A stretch of 53,854 bases of DNA from Actinomycetota bacterium (GCA_030841185.1 JAVEDB010000057.1:1-53854); one strand, 5' to 3'. Positions 16,442 through 26,801 are shown, counted from the stretch's first letter. The notes: generated by a model from the sequence alone, not told the origin. Translations and numbers: made by a program.

Positions 16442-19189
16442 TTACTCGGAGCTGCCTTCGGTCTCGCCGGGGGGCGGAGCGGCAGGGTCGCCGAGCTGGT
16501 AGCGGTCGATCGCCTCGCGCAGCACCTCCATCTTCACCTCGCCCCGACGGGCCAGCTCGCCGAGGGTCTTCACGGCGATCGACCACGCGTCGACCTTGAA
16601 GTGCCGGCGCAGCGCGCCGCGGGTGTCGGAGAGGCCGAAGCCGTCGGTGCCGAGCGAGGCGAAGTCGCCGGGCACCCACTGCGCGATCTGGTCCTGCACC
16701 GCGCGCATGTAGTCCGACACCGCGACGAACGGCCCGGGAGAACCCTCGAGCTTGCTGGTCACGTACGGCGTGCGGAGGTCGCCCTCTGGGTGCATGAAGT
16801 TGTGCTCGTCGGCGGCCAGTGCGTCGCGGCGCAGCTCGGTCCAGGACGTCACCGACCAGACGTCGGCCTGCACTCCCCAGTCGTCGTGGAGGAGTTGCTG
16901 CGCCTCGAGCGCCCACTGCATCGCGACCCCTGACGCGAGCAGCTGGGCCTTCGGCCCGTCGCCCTCGGGTGCGGCGGCGTAGCGGTGCACACCGCGCAGG
17001 ATGCCCTCGACGTCGACGTCCGCCGGCTCGACGGGCTGGACGTACGGCTCGTTGTAGAGGGTGAGGTAGTAGAAGACGTCCTCGGGCTGCTCGCCGTACA
17101 TGCGGCGCAGCCCGTCCTGCACGATGTGGCCGAGCTCGTAGGAGAACGCCGGGTCGTAGGCGACGCACGCCGGGTTCGTCGAGGCGAGCAGCACCGAGTG
17201 GCCGTCCTCGTGCTGGAGGCCCTCGCCGTTCAAGGTCGTGCGACCGGCGGTGGCGCCGAGGACGAAGCCCCGCGTCATCTGGTCGGCCGCCGCCCAGAAC
17301 CCGTCACCGGTGCGCTGGAACCCGAACATCGAGTAGAAGATGTAGATCGGGATCATCGGTACGCCGTGGGTGGCGTACGACGTGCCGACCGCCGTCCAGG
17401 ACGCCGTCGAGCCGGCCTCGTTGATGCCCTCGTGCAGGATGACGCCCTTCTTGTCCTCCTTGTAGGACAGCATCAGCTCGCGGTCGACCGAGGTGTAGTT
17501 CTGGCCGTGCGGCGAGTAGATCTTCATCGTCGGGAACAACGAGTCCATGCCGAAGGTGCGTGCCTCGTCGGGGATGATGGGCACGAACCGCCAGCCGGTC
17601 TCCTTCTCCTTCGCGAGGTCCTTGAGGAGCCGCACGAACGCCATCGTGGTCGCGACCTGCTGCTTGCCGGAGCCGCGTTTCATCACGTCGTAGACGGGGT
17701 CACCGGGGAGCACCAGGGGCTTGGCGGTCACCCGCCGCTCGGGCAGGTAGCCCCCGAGTGCCTTGCGCCGCTCATGCATGTAGGCGATCTCGGCCGAGTC
17801 GTGGCCGGGGTGGTAGTAGGGCGGCAGCGTCTCGTCGAGCGCGGCGTCGGGGATGTCGAGGTAGAGCCGGTCGCGGAAGCCGATGAGGTCTTCCTTCTTC
17901 AGCTTCTTCATCTGGTGCGTCGAGTTGCGGCCCTCGAAGTGCGAGCCGAGGGTCCAGCCCTTGATGGTCTTGGCCAGGATCACCGTCGGCTGACCGGTGT
18001 GCTTGGTGGCGGCGTCGTAGGCGGCGTACATCTTGCGGTAGTCGTGGCCGCCGCGGGAGAGACCCCAGATCTCCTTGTCCGAGAGATGCTCGACCATCTT
18101 GCGGGTGCGGGGGTCGCGGCCGAAGAAGTGCTCGCGCACGAACGCGCCGTCCTCGGCCTTGTAGGTCTGGTAGTCCCCGTCCGCCGTCGTGTTCATCAGG
18201 TTCACCAGGGCGCCGTCGGTGTCGGCGGCGAGCAGGGCGTCCCACTCCCGGCCCCAGATGACCTTGATGACGTTCCAGCCGGCACCGCGGAAGAACGACT
18301 CGAGCTCCTGGATGATCTTGCCGTTACCGCGGACCGGGCCGTCGAGCCGCTGCAGGTTGCAGTTGATGACGAAAGTGAGGTTGTCGAGCTCCTCGCGCGC
18401 GGCAATGCCGATGGCCCCGAGGGACTCCGGCTCGTCCATCTCGCCGTCGCCGAGGAACGCCCACACGTGCTGTTGGCTGGTGTCCTTGATCCCGCGGTTG
18501 TGCAGGTAGCGGTTGAACCGGGCCTGGTAAATCGCGTTGAGCGGTCCGAGGCCCATCGAGACCGTGGGGAACTCCCAGAACTGCGGCATCAGCCGGGGAT
18601 GCGGGTACGACGAGAGCCCCCCGCCAGGGTGGGACAGCTCCTGGCGGAAGCCGTCGAGCTGGGTCTCGGTGAGCCGGCCCTCGAGGAAGGCCCGCGCGTA
18701 CATGCCGGGGGAGGCGTGGCCCTGGTAGAAGACCTGGTCGCCGCCGCCGGGGTGGTCCTTGCCGCGGAAGAAGTGGTTGAAGCCGACCTCGTAGAAGCTC
18801 GCGGACGACGCGTAGGTCGAGATGTGGCCCCCGACGCCCACTCCGGGTCGCTGGGCGCGGTGCACCATGATCGCCGCGTTCCACCGGGCGTAGGCCCGGA
18901 TCCGCCGCTCGATGTGCTCGTCGCCGGGGAACCAGGGCTCGGACTCCGGCGGGATCGTGTTGATGTAGTCGGTGGACCGCAGGCTGGGCACGCCGACCTG
19001 GTTCTCGCGGGCCCGCTGAAGCAGGCTCAGCATCAGGAAACGTGCCCGGTTGCGGCCCGCGTTGTCGACGACGGCGTCGAGGGACTCGAGCCACTCCGCC
19101 GTCTCGGCGGGGTCGACGTCCGGCAGCTGGCTCGGCAACCCGTTGTTGATGAGGGCCGGCCGCTCCTGTCGGTCCTGTCCAGAAGCCAT
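16442..19189 (-). CDS. aceE: pyruvate dehydrogenase E1 component (homodimeric)
   Basis: [32 protein letters not shown] motif, [18 protein letters not shown]. Confidence 0.97.
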   Translation of the reverse strand: MASGQDRQERPALINNGLPSQLPDVDPAETAEWLESLDAVVDNAGRNRARFLMLSLLQRARENQVGVPSLRSTDYINTIPPESEPWFPGDEHIERRIRAYARWNAAIMVHRAQRPGVGVGGHISTYASSASFYEVGFNHFFRGKDHPGGGDQVFYQGHASPGMYARAFLEGRLTETQLDGFRQELSHPGGGLSSYPHPRLMPQFWEFPTVSMGLGPLNAIYQARFNRYLHNRGIKDTSQQHVWAFLGDGEMDEPESLGAIGIAAREELDNLTFVINCNLQRLDGPVRGNGKIIQELESFFRGAGWNVIKVIWGREWDALLAADTDGALVNLMNTTADGDYQTYKAEDGAFVREHFFGRDPRTRKMVEHLSDKEIWGLSRGGHDYRKMYAAYDAATKHTGQPTVILAKTIKGWTLGSHFEGRNSTHQMKKLKKEDLIGFRDRLYLDIPDAALDETLPPYYHPGHDSAEIAYMHERRKALGGYLPERRVTAKPLVLPGDPVYDVMKRGSGKQQVATTMAFVRLLKDLAKEKETGWRFVPIIPDEARTFGMDSLFPTMKIYSPHGQNYTSVDRELMLSYKEDKKGVILHEGINEAGSTASWTAVGTSYATHGVPMIPIYIFYSMFGFQRTGDGFWAAADQMTRGFVLGATAGRTTLNGEGLQHEDGHSVLLASTNPACVAYDPAFSYELGHIVQDGLRRMYGEQPEDVFYYLTLYNEPYVQPVEPADVDVEGILRGVHRYAAAPEGDGPKAQLLASGVAMQWALEAQQLLHDDWGVQADVWSVTSWTELRRDALAADEHNFMHPEGDLRTPYVTSKLEGSPGPFVAVSDYMRAVQDQIAQWVPGDFASLGTDGFGLSDTRGALRRHFKVDAWSIAVKTLGELARRGEVKMEVLREAIDRYQLGDPAAPPPGETEGSSE

Positions 19190-19392
19190 GCTCGTGGGGT
19201 CCTTCGCGTCCGTGGTTCCGTTGCTCGTCTGTACCCCGACGGTAGTCCCTTCCCACCGCCCGGGAGGGGCCAGCCGGCCGAGGCCCGGAGGCAATCAGCA
19301 GGTGGAAGCGCTTGCGCCGACGGCCCCGGGCGTGTGGACTACCCGCGACGGGGCCTGCGAGGGCCGGAGCGGCGACGCAGTGGAGGCACTCG

Positions 19393-19821
19393 GTGAGCGC
19401 GACCGCGGACCACGCGGAGGGTCAGCGAGACCTGGCATCACGGCTGGGCATCAGGTCCGGCCAGGTGGTGCAGGAGCTGGGGTACGACGAGGACTGCGAC
19501 GAGCAGCTACGGGCCTCGGTGGCTGCCCTCGCTGGCAGCGAGCTCGTCGATGAGGACTTCGACGACGTCGTCGACATCGTGCTGCTCTGGTGGCGCGAGG
19601 GGGACGGAGATCTCGTCGACGCGCTGGTCGATGCCCCCCGCTCGCTCGGCGACGGCGGGGTGGTGTGGCTGCTGACCCCGAAGGCGGCCCGTGACGGGCA
19701 CGTCGAGCCCAGCGACATCGGTGACGCGGCCCCGACGGCCGGCCTGCACCAGACCAGCAGCATCAGTGCGGCGAGTGACTGGTCGGGGACCCGCCTCGTC
19801 ACCCGCCGGTCCGGTCGCTGA
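19393..19821 (+). CDS. DUF3052 domain protein
   Basis: VVQELGYDEDCD...LLWWREGDGDLVDAL...WLLTPK; divergent from aceE as is usual in actinomycetes. Confidence 0.9.
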   Translation: MSATADHAEGQRDLASRLGIRSGQVVQELGYDEDCDEQLRASVAALAGSELVDEDFDDVVDIVLLWWREGDGDLVDALVDAPRSLGDGGVVWLLTPKAARDGHVEPSDIGDAAPTAGLHQTSSISAASDWSGTRLVTRRSGR

Positions 19822-20279
19822 TGCCGGTCGAGGTTGGCGAGCAAGCGCCCGACTTCGAGTTGTCCGACCAGCACGGCCAGCGGGTGCGCCTCTCGTCGTA
19901 CCGGGGGACCCGGGCAGTGCTGGTCGTCTTCTACCCCTTCTCCTTCTCCGGCATCTGTGGGAGTGAGCTGCACGCCCTCGAGGAGGCGCGCGCCGAGCTC
20001 GACAACGAGACGGTGGCGCTGCTGGCCGTGTCGGTCGACTCGATGTTCGCGCAGCGCGCCTACGCCGAACGTGACGGGTTCTCCTACCCGCTGCTCGCCG
20101 ACTTCTGGCCGCATGGCGAGGTCGCCACGGCGTACGGCGTCTTCAACGAGAAGGCGGGCGCGGCGGTCCGAGGAACCTTCCTGGTGGACCGGGACGGCAT
20201 CGTCCGCTGGACCCTGGTCAACGACATCGGTGACGGGCGGGACGTGGCCGAGCTCGTCAAGGCCGTTGCCGCGCTCTGA
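19821..20279 (+). CDS. peroxiredoxin (AhpE-like, 1-Cys)
   Basis: APDFEL, FYPFSFSGIC, LLADFWPHGEVA. Confidence 0.9.
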   Translation: MPVEVGEQAPDFELSDQHGQRVRLSSYRGTRAVLVVFYPFSFSGICGSELHALEEARAELDNETVALLAVSVDSMFAQRAYAERDGFSYPLLADFWPHGEVATAYGVFNEKAGAAVRGTFLVDRDGIVRWTLVNDIGDGRDVAELVKAVAAL

Positions 20280-20325
20280 ACTGCCAGGAACGCCGGGAAG
20301 CCGGCCGGTAGTGTCCCCGAGAAAC

Positions 20326-20397
20326 GGGCGCATAGCTCAGCGGTAGAGCACCTGTCTTACAAACAGGCGGTCACTGGTTCAAATCCAGTTGCGCCCA
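20326..20397 (+). tRNA. tRNA-Val (TAC)
   Basis: GGGCGCA/TGCGCCC acceptor, CCTGT-CT-TAC-AA-ACAGG anticodon arm, GGTTCAAATCC T-loop. Confidence 0.97.
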
Positions 20398-20411
20398 CCG
20401 AGTCGGCCCGC

Positions 20412-21218
20412 TCACTCCGCGTGCGGGTTCGCATGCGGCCGACGCGGCAGCCGTCGCTGAGCCCGCTGCAGACTCGGCCCTTGGTAGGTCGACTGGCGAT
20501 GGTGCGTTGCCAGTGCGGCCAGATCCTCGGGCTTCACCCTGTACCAGGCCACCGAACTGGTGGCCTGCTCGCGACCGGCGGGCGCCGGGGTCTCCGCGGG
20601 AGGGCCTTGCAGGACTGCCGCGCGCATGCGGGCCAGGAACTCGTCCTGCTCACCGAACCCCCACGACATGGCCGGGCGTGCCCGGAAAGCCCGGTCGGGC
20701 GCGTCGGGCATCGGGATGAGAAGCAGCGCAGCGGCCGCCAGGTCCGCGTCGCTGGTGACCTGGCTCATGATCAGCTGGGCGGCGGCGATCACTGCCGCCG
20801 CTGCCAGCGTCTCAGCCGTGGTCACGGCCAGTGCGATCTTGGAGACGGCCATGGCTGCGGCGATCTCCGCCGCCGTGACTGCCGTTGCGGCAACTTCGGC
20901 GACCTCTGCCGTTCCGACCGGCGGAACGTCTTCCGGGGCTTGGTGCAGCAGGGCCGCTGCGGCGGCTACCGCTGCCGCCGTGTCGGCAACCTCCCGGGCC
21001 TTCGCCGTGGCCTTCGCCGCGGCCGCCGAGGCAACTGCGACCGCGCGACCGGCAGTGGCGGCGGCTTCGGTCGCGACGTCGAATGCTGCGGCAGCGGCGA
21101 CGGCCTCCGCTACGGCGACGACGGCAGCCTGCGCCTCGGCCTCTTCCGCCGACGTTGACGTTTCCGTCTCAGCGCGGTCGAGGACGATCTCGGTTGCGAG
21201 TTCCGGGAATTCTGACAC
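20412..21218 (-). CDS. alanine-rich hypothetical protein
   Basis: 268-aa ORF filling the gap, very Ala-rich helical core; start uncertain. Confidence 0.5.
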   Translation of the reverse strand: MSEFPELATEIVLDRAETETSTSAEEAEAQAAVVAVAEAVAAAAAFDVATEAAATAGRAVAVASAAAAKATAKAREVADTAAAVAAAAALLHQAPEDVPPVGTAEVAEVAATAVTAAEIAAAMAVSKIALAVTTAETLAAAAVIAAAQLIMSQVTSDADLAAAALLLIPMPDAPDRAFRARPAMSWGFGEQDEFLARMRAAVLQGPPAETPAPAGREQATSSVAWYRVKPEDLAALATHHRQSTYQGPSLQRAQRRLPRRPHANPHAE

Positions 21219-21382
21219 TGAGTACCCAATTTCCTACGTGTCGAGAGACCTCGGCAGCCAGTGCATCGGGTACCGAAAACGTGAACTTGATCACGAGCCC
21301 GTCGATGGAATCGCAAAGGTTCCGCTCCAGCGCTGGCCCGGCTCCGCTGAGGCGCCCGATCGCCGCTCTTGCCAGAGAGTCG

Positions 21383-21405
21383 TTGTTGCACATGAGTTGC
21401 AACAA
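21383..21405. promoter_or_regulatory. Nur (nickel-responsive Fur-family) box
   Basis: TTGTTGCA-N7-TGCAACAA contains the Streptomyces Nur consensus TTGCA-N7-TGCAA, upstream of a nickel permease. Confidence 0.75.
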
Positions 21406-21475
21406 GGGCCGGGCGCGTCTAGCCTCCGATTCAGGGCTGAGCGCGGAGCTGGGCCGCGGACGGAGGTGGGCGCCG

Positions 21476-22612
21476 GTGACCGCGACGACGACCGCTCCGG
21501 AGCGCGGCAGCCGGTGGGGGCGCGTCCGGGACTCGCTGACCGGCCCCGAGTGGCGCCGGGCGGTGGCGCTGGCGGCGGCGATCGCCGGACTGCACCTGCT
21601 GGGCTTCTTCCTGCTCTTCGCGTTCGTCGTGCCCGGCCATTTCAGCCTGGGCAACGGAGGAGTCTTCGGCGTCGGGCTCGGCATCACGGCGTACACGCTG
21701 GGGATGCGCCACGCCTTCGACGCCGACCACATCGCGGCGATCGACAACACCACCCGCAAGCTGATGGCCGACGGCCAGCGGCCACTCAGCGTCGGGTTCT
21801 TCTTCTCCCTGGGCCACTCGTCGATCGTCTTCCTGCTGGCGGGTGCGCTCGGGTTGGGCATCAAGGGCCTCAGCGGCGCTGTCGGGAGCGACGACTCGAC
21901 CCTGCACCGCGTCACGGGGGTGATCGGTCCGAGCGTCTCGGGCCTGTTCCTGCTGCTGATCGGGCTCCTCAACCTGGCCGTGCTGCGCGGCATCGTCGAC
22001 GTCTTCCGTCGGATGCGGCGTGGTGAGTTCGATGAGGCCGCCCTCGAGGAGCAGCTTGCCAACCGGGGTCTGCTGAACCGGTTCTACGGACGGGCAACCA
22101 GAGCCGTCAAGAAGCCGTGGCAGATGTTTCCTCTGGGGGCGCTGTTCGGGCTGGGGTTCGACACGGCCACCGAGATCGGCCTGCTGGCTACCGCGGGTGC
22201 CGCTGCGGCCGGCGGGCTGCCGTTCTACGCGATCCTGTGCCTGCCGGTCCTGTTCGCTGCCGGGATGTCGCTGCTCGACACGATCGACGGCGCCTTCATG
22301 AACCTTGCCTACGGATGGGCCTTCTCCAAGCCGGTGCGGAAGGTGTTCTACAACATCACCGTGACGGCGTTGTCAGTGGCGGTCGCCCTGCTCATCGGCC
22401 TTGTCGAGCTGGCCGCCGTTCTCGCCGACCGCCTCAACCTCACGGGGGGCATGTTCGGATGGCTCGCCCACCTCGACCTGAACTACGTCGGGTACGGGAT
22501 CGGCTTGCTGTTCGTGCTGACCTGGGCCGGCGCGTTGGCGGTGTGGCGCTTCGGGCGCATCGAGGAGAAGTGGAGCGCCGGGTTGAGCAGCGCGGCACCC
22601 GCCTCCGACTAA
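21476..22612 (+). CDS. HoxN/HupN/NixA (NiCoT) nickel/cobalt transporter
   Basis: RHAFDADHIAAIDN, FSLGHSSIV, GLGFDTATE signature motifs; GGAGG RBS. Confidence 0.95.
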   Translation: MTATTTAPERGSRWGRVRDSLTGPEWRRAVALAAAIAGLHLLGFFLLFAFVVPGHFSLGNGGVFGVGLGITAYTLGMRHAFDADHIAAIDNTTRKLMADGQRPLSVGFFFSLGHSSIVFLLAGALGLGIKGLSGAVGSDDSTLHRVTGVIGPSVSGLFLLLIGLLNLAVLRGIVDVFRRMRRGEFDEAALEEQLANRGLLNRFYGRATRAVKKPWQMFPLGALFGLGFDTATEIGLLATAGAAAAGGLPFYAILCLPVLFAAGMSLLDTIDGAFMNLAYGWAFSKPVRKVFYNITVTALSVAVALLIGLVELAAVLADRLNLTGGMFGWLAHLDLNYVGYGIGLLFVLTWAGALAVWRFGRIEEKWSAGLSSAAPASD

Positions 22613-22672
22613 TTCTTGGTCTCCGTCGCTAGGGTGACCAGGCGTGCTTGCGCGCAGAGGGCGGGTGCATAG

Positions 22673-24028
22673 GTGACCAGTGGCGTGTCAGCTGCGGGCG
22701 GCAGCACGCGGACCGCCGTCCTCCCACCCGAGGCCGCCAGCGCATCCGCCGCCCGCCGGTTCCTTCGTGAGGCTCTCGTCGTGGCCGGCAAGGAGAACTG
22801 GGGGGACGTGGCCGTGCTGGCGATCAGCGAGATCGTCACGAATGCGGCGTTGCATGCGCACACCTCCATCGAGCTCCTCGTGGACGTCGGAGCGGACCGG
22901 GTCCGGGTCGAGGTTCGCGACTACAACAACCGGCTGCCGGCTCAGCGCCGCTACGACGCGGATGCGACCACGGGACGCGGGATGGCCCTGGTGGCGGCCC
23001 TCACCGCGGACTGCGGGGTGGTGGAGCTCGCCACCGGGGGGAAGATCGTGTGGTTCGAGGTCGGCGATCCCGCGGCGGAGCCGTCGGACGAGGACCTGTT
23101 GAGTGCATGGGACCTCGAGCCGCACCCGTCGGACGATGCGTCAGCTGCGCGAGCCCACCACGTGCTGCTCCTCGCGTTGCCCCCCACGCTCTACCTGGCG
23201 GCGAGGCAGCACCATGACGGTTTGCTGCGCGAGCTCGTTCTCTACGCGGCCAGCCACGACGTCCCCGAGGCCGACTTCGCCCTGGCCGACCAGGCCCGTC
23301 GGATGGTCGGGGATGCGCTCGACGGGGCCATTGACGACGTAGTACAAGCGGGTGCGGCCGAGTCGCCGCTCCTGGAGGGCCATCCGAGCCCGTTGCCCCG
23401 GGTCCCTCGCTCGGTTGACCTGGACCTCACGGTGGCTGCTCATCAGGGGCGCTACTTCGAAGTTCTCGCCGAGACGCTGGATGCCGCCGAGCAGCTGGCC
23501 CGGGACGGCCGGCTGCTCGTCTACCCGGGTCTGCCCGAGATCATCGAGGTGCGGGACTGGGTGTGTTCCCAGGTGATCGCGCAGCTGGCCGGCGTGCCAC
23601 CGGTGCCGTGGCACGGGGCCATGCATGAGTGGTTCGACGCCGACTCGGCGGTTGTCGGGGGCCGCGCGGAACCTCAATGGGACCCGAGCCTCGTGCGGGA
23701 CTCGGAGCGCGGAGTCGTGGCGGCCGACGACACCAATCGGATCATCGCCGTCAGCCGGCGGCTGGCCGAGGTGCTCGGCTGGCAGGTGGAGACACTGGTC
23801 GGCCGTCGCGTCGTCACCTTGGTCCCGCCCTCCCTGCGGGAGGCGCACGTCGCGGGCTTCAGTCGCCACCTCAGCACGGGGGAGGCGCACGTTCTCGGCC
23901 GTCGGTTGGACCTGCCGGTGCTGCGCGCGGACGGCAGCGAGCTGATGTGCCGGTTCCTGGTCGAGCGCGCCCCGACCAACCCGGGGCGCGCGGTCTACGT
24001 CGCGTGGATCGAGCCCCTGTCCGATTGA
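22673..24028 (+). CDS. RsbW-like ATP-binding (anti-sigma kinase) protein with C-terminal PAS domain
   Basis: EIVTNAALHA, GRGMALV, GGKIVWF; C-terminal PAS LGWQVETLVGR...RADGSE. Confidence 0.85.
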   Translation: MTSGVSAAGGSTRTAVLPPEAASASAARRFLREALVVAGKENWGDVAVLAISEIVTNAALHAHTSIELLVDVGADRVRVEVRDYNNRLPAQRRYDADATTGRGMALVAALTADCGVVELATGGKIVWFEVGDPAAEPSDEDLLSAWDLEPHPSDDASAARAHHVLLLALPPTLYLAARQHHDGLLRELVLYAASHDVPEADFALADQARRMVGDALDGAIDDVVQAGAAESPLLEGHPSPLPRVPRSVDLDLTVAAHQGRYFEVLAETLDAAEQLARDGRLLVYPGLPEIIEVRDWVCSQVIAQLAGVPPVPWHGAMHEWFDADSAVVGGRAEPQWDPSLVRDSERGVVAADDTNRIIAVSRRLAEVLGWQVETLVGRRVVTLVPPSLREAHVAGFSRHLSTGEAHVLGRRLDLPVLRADGSELMCRFLVERAPTNPGRAVYVAWIEPLSD

Positions 24029-24066
24029 GGAGGGTTAGTCCGGATCGGGATGGGCACGGGCCCACG

Positions 24067-24456
24067 GTGACGGACAGCGCGGTGGTCAGCATCGACGCCG
24101 GGCTTGCCGCTGCCCACGCCGCGCGCGGTGTCGTGCGGGCCTGGTTGGGCGCACGACCGTGCCCCACTGTCACCATCGAGACCGCCGAGCTCCTGGTCAC
24201 CGAGCTGGTCGCCAACGCCGTCCGGCACGCGCGTGCTGACGTCGTGCAGCTGCACCTGATGGATCGGGAGCCGGACACCGTGCGCCTCGCCGTCGACGAC
24301 GACAGTCCGCAGCCGCCGACCGCGCCCACGGCCATGCCGGATCCCGTGCGCGTCGGAGGACGCGGGCTGTGGCTGGTCTCCCAGCTCGCGAGCCAATGGG
24401 GGTGGGAGCCGCTGCCGACCGGCAAGCGGGTGTGGTTCGAGGTGCCCTGCAGCTGA
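24067..24456 (+). CDS. RsbW-like ATP-binding protein (anti-sigma factor)
   Basis: ELVANAVRHA, GGRGLWLV, WG...GKRVWFE. Confidence 0.88.
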   Translation: MTDSAVVSIDAGLAAAHAARGVVRAWLGARPCPTVTIETAELLVTELVANAVRHARADVVQLHLMDREPDTVRLAVDDDSPQPPTAPTAMPDPVRVGGRGLWLVSQLASQWGWEPLPTGKRVWFEVPCS

Positions 24457-24468
24457 GCGGCGCCGGAT

Positions 24469-24750
24469 CTAGATGCGGCGATCCGCCGACGTGTGACGAC
24501 GTCCGCGCATTCCCGCGACGAGCGCGACGCCGACAGCGGCGAGAGCGACCTGGACGACGAGCTCGATCCAGTCGACCCCGTTCGTGTCCCGCAGCGACCC
24601 GACGATCGCGCTGCCCAGCAAGGCCGCGACGATGCCCACGAGGATCGTGAGCCAGATCGGGATGTCCTGCTTGCCCGGGACGACCAGGCGTCCCAGCGCT
24701 CCGATGATCAGCCCGATGATGATCGCGCCGATGATGCCGCCGATGGTCAT
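24469..24750 (-). CDS. GlsB/YeaQ/YmgE family stress-response membrane protein
   Basis: IIGAIIIGLIIGALGRLVVPGKQDIPIWLTILVG; GAAGGA RBS. Confidence 0.9.
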   Translation of the reverse strand: MTIGGIIGAIIIGLIIGALGRLVVPGKQDIPIWLTILVGIVAALLGSAIVGSLRDTNGVDWIELVVQVALAAVGVALVAGMRGRRHTSADRRI

Positions 24751-24824
24751 TCCTTCTCCTGCCGTCAGGCGACCCGGGTGTCGCCGCCGAGGAACCGTGT
24801 TCCCTCGCCGGCCCCTCTCAACCA

Positions 24825-24909
24825 CACCGACGGGCTGACGTCGCAGGGCGCTACGGTGGAAACTCGGGTGTCCCCCCGCGTCACCACCGGCCCGAACCAG
24901 GAGAACTGA
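24825..24909 (+). pseudogene. probable 3' remnant of a Nif3-like gene
   Basis: Reads GATVETRVSPRVTTGP-stop, resembling the C-terminus of actinobacterial Nif3-like proteins, in the position nif3 normally occupies. Confidence 0.45.
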
Positions 24910-24910
24910 G

Positions 24911-25654
24911 CTGAAAGCCCCCGCCACCGACCAGCTGCGGCTGCTCGACGTCCAAGCTCTCGATGCGCGGATGGACCAGCTCGCCCATCGTCGCGCCACC
25001 CTGCCTGAGCACGCCGCCCTCCACGAGCTGGAGAAGACGCTGACCGAGCTCGCCGACCAGCTGGTCGCCGCGGAGACCGAGCAGAGCGACGTGAGCCGGG
25101 AGCTCAGCAAGGCCGAGGGGGACGTCGAGCAGGTGCGCAGCCGGGCCGTCCGGGACCAGCAGCGTCTCGACGCGGGACAGGTCTCCTCGCCCAAGGAGCT
25201 GGAGGGTCTGCAGCACGAGATCGCCACGCTCGGCCGTCGACAGTCCGACCTGGAGGACGTCGTACTGGAGATCATGGAGCGGCTGGAGGCGGTGCAGACG
25301 CGCCTCTCCGAGCTCACGACCCAGCGGGACGAGGCCCGGGCCGAGACCGTGGAGCTCACCGCGCGCAGGGACGCGACCACCGGCGAGATCGATGCCGAGG
25401 TCGGCGGCCTGCGGGCGCAGCGCGAGACCCAGGCCGCCCAGCTCGACCTCGAGCTCACGGCGCTGTACGAAAAGATCCGGGCGCAGCAGGCCGGCATCGG
25501 GGCGGCCGAGCTGCGGCAGCGCCGGTGCACCGGTTGCCGGCTCGAGCTGAACAATGTCGAGATCGGACGGCTGCGCTCGGCTGAGGAGGACGAGGTCCTC
25601 AGGTGCGAGGAGTGCCGGCGGATCCTCGTGCGCACCCCCGAGTCGGGCCTCTGA
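24911..25654 (+). CDS. C4-type zinc ribbon domain coiled-coil protein (probable CTG start)
   Basis: (L)KAPATDQLRLLDVQALD N-terminus, CTGC...CEECRRIL; AGGAG RBS upstream of CTG 24911. Confidence 0.9.
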   Translation: MKAPATDQLRLLDVQALDARMDQLAHRRATLPEHAALHELEKTLTELADQLVAAETEQSDVSRELSKAEGDVEQVRSRAVRDQQRLDAGQVSSPKELEGLQHEIATLGRRQSDLEDVVLEIMERLEAVQTRLSELTTQRDEARAETVELTARRDATTGEIDAEVGGLRAQRETQAAQLDLELTALYEKIRAQQAGIGAAELRQRRCTGCRLELNNVEIGRLRSAEEDEVLRCEECRRILVRTPESGL

Positions 25655-25659
25655 AGGAC

Positions 25660-26799
25660 GTGCCCACGAGACGGTTCATCGTCGAGGCGGACGGAGGGTC
25701 GAGGGGCAACCCGGGGCCGGCTGCGTACGGCGCGGTGGTTCGCGACGGCGAGTCCGGCCAGGTGCTTGCCGAGCGGGCGGAACACATCGGGGTCGCCACC
25801 AACAACGTCGCCGAGTACCGCGGCCTGATCGCCGGCCTCACCGCCGCGCGCGAGGTCGACCCCGACGCCGCGGTCGAGGCCCGGCTGGACTCCAAGCTGC
25901 TCGTCGAGCAGATGTCCGGCCGCTGGAAGATCAAGCACCCCGCGATGCGGCCCCTCGCCGTACAGGCCCGCGCGATCCTGCCGCCCGAGCAGGTCACCTA
26001 CACGTGGGTGCCCCGCGAGCTGAACAAGCACGCCGACCGGCTGGCCAACGAGGCGCTCGACGCCGCGGCCAAGGGGCTGGAGTGGATCGCCCGGGCGGAC
26101 ACGCCGGAGCCGGTGGTCGACGAGGCGGAGGTCGAGCCGGCCCCGGCCAACGCACTGGTGGGCTGGTCGGAGGGCCTGGGGGAGCCGACCACCTTCGTCC
26201 TGCTCCGTCACGGCGAGACCGCCCACACGGCCGAGAAGCGGTTCAGCGGCAGCGGCGGCGCCGATCCCGCCTTGACGCCTCGAGGCGAGGAGCAGGCCCG
26301 CACAGCCGCTGCAGCGCTCGCGGGCGTGCACGTCGATGCCATCGTCAGCTCACCGGTGCGCCGGGCCCGCCAGACTGCCGACATCGTCGCCGCATCCCTC
26401 GGTCTTCCGGTGCGGGAAGTGCCGGGTCTGCGGGAGGCCGACTTCGGTGAGTGGGACGGCCACACCCTTGCCGAGGTGACCGCACGCTGGCCCGACCAGC
26501 TGGCGGCCTGGCTGAGCTCGACAGCCGTCGCGCCGCCGGGCGGCGAGTCCGTCGAGGACGTGGCACGCCGGGTGGCCGTCGCACGCGACCAGCTCTTGAC
26601 CCGGTACGCCGGACGCCGGGTACTCGTCGTCACGCACGTCACCCCCGTCAAGGCCTTCGTCGTCGCGGCGCTCGGGGCTGCGATGTCCGCGATGTCCCGG
26701 ATGGAGCTGCGGCCCGCCTCGATCTCGGTCGTCGACTGGTACGCCACCGGGCAGGCGGCGCTGCGGTCGTTCAACGAAACGGCGCACCTGCCCGACTGA
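25660..26799 (+). CDS. bifunctional RNase HI / histidine phosphatase
   Basis: EADGGSRGNPG, TNNVAEY, DSKL, NKHADRLAN; LLRHGET, EADFGEWDG. Confidence 0.95.
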   Translation: MPTRRFIVEADGGSRGNPGPAAYGAVVRDGESGQVLAERAEHIGVATNNVAEYRGLIAGLTAAREVDPDAAVEARLDSKLLVEQMSGRWKIKHPAMRPLAVQARAILPPEQVTYTWVPRELNKHADRLANEALDAAAKGLEWIARADTPEPVVDEAEVEPAPANALVGWSEGLGEPTTFVLLRHGETAHTAEKRFSGSGGADPALTPRGEEQARTAAAALAGVHVDAIVSSPVRRARQTADIVAASLGLPVREVPGLREADFGEWDGHTLAEVTARWPDQLAAWLSSTAVAPPGGESVEDVARRVAVARDQLLTRYAGRRVLVVTHVTPVKAFVVAALGAAMSAMSRMELRPASISVVDWYATGQAALRSFNETAHLPD

Positions 26800-26801
26800 G
26801 T

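Noticed and set aside
16985-19396. 803-aa + strand ORF and other long antisense ORFs (e.g. 2251-4677, 40885-43092, 47806-50079)
   Set aside because: Shadow ORFs of real genes, caused by scarcity of stop codons in high-GC DNA
20326-20400. tRNA genes lacking an encoded CCA
   Set aside because: Common in actinomycetes; CCA is added enzymatically
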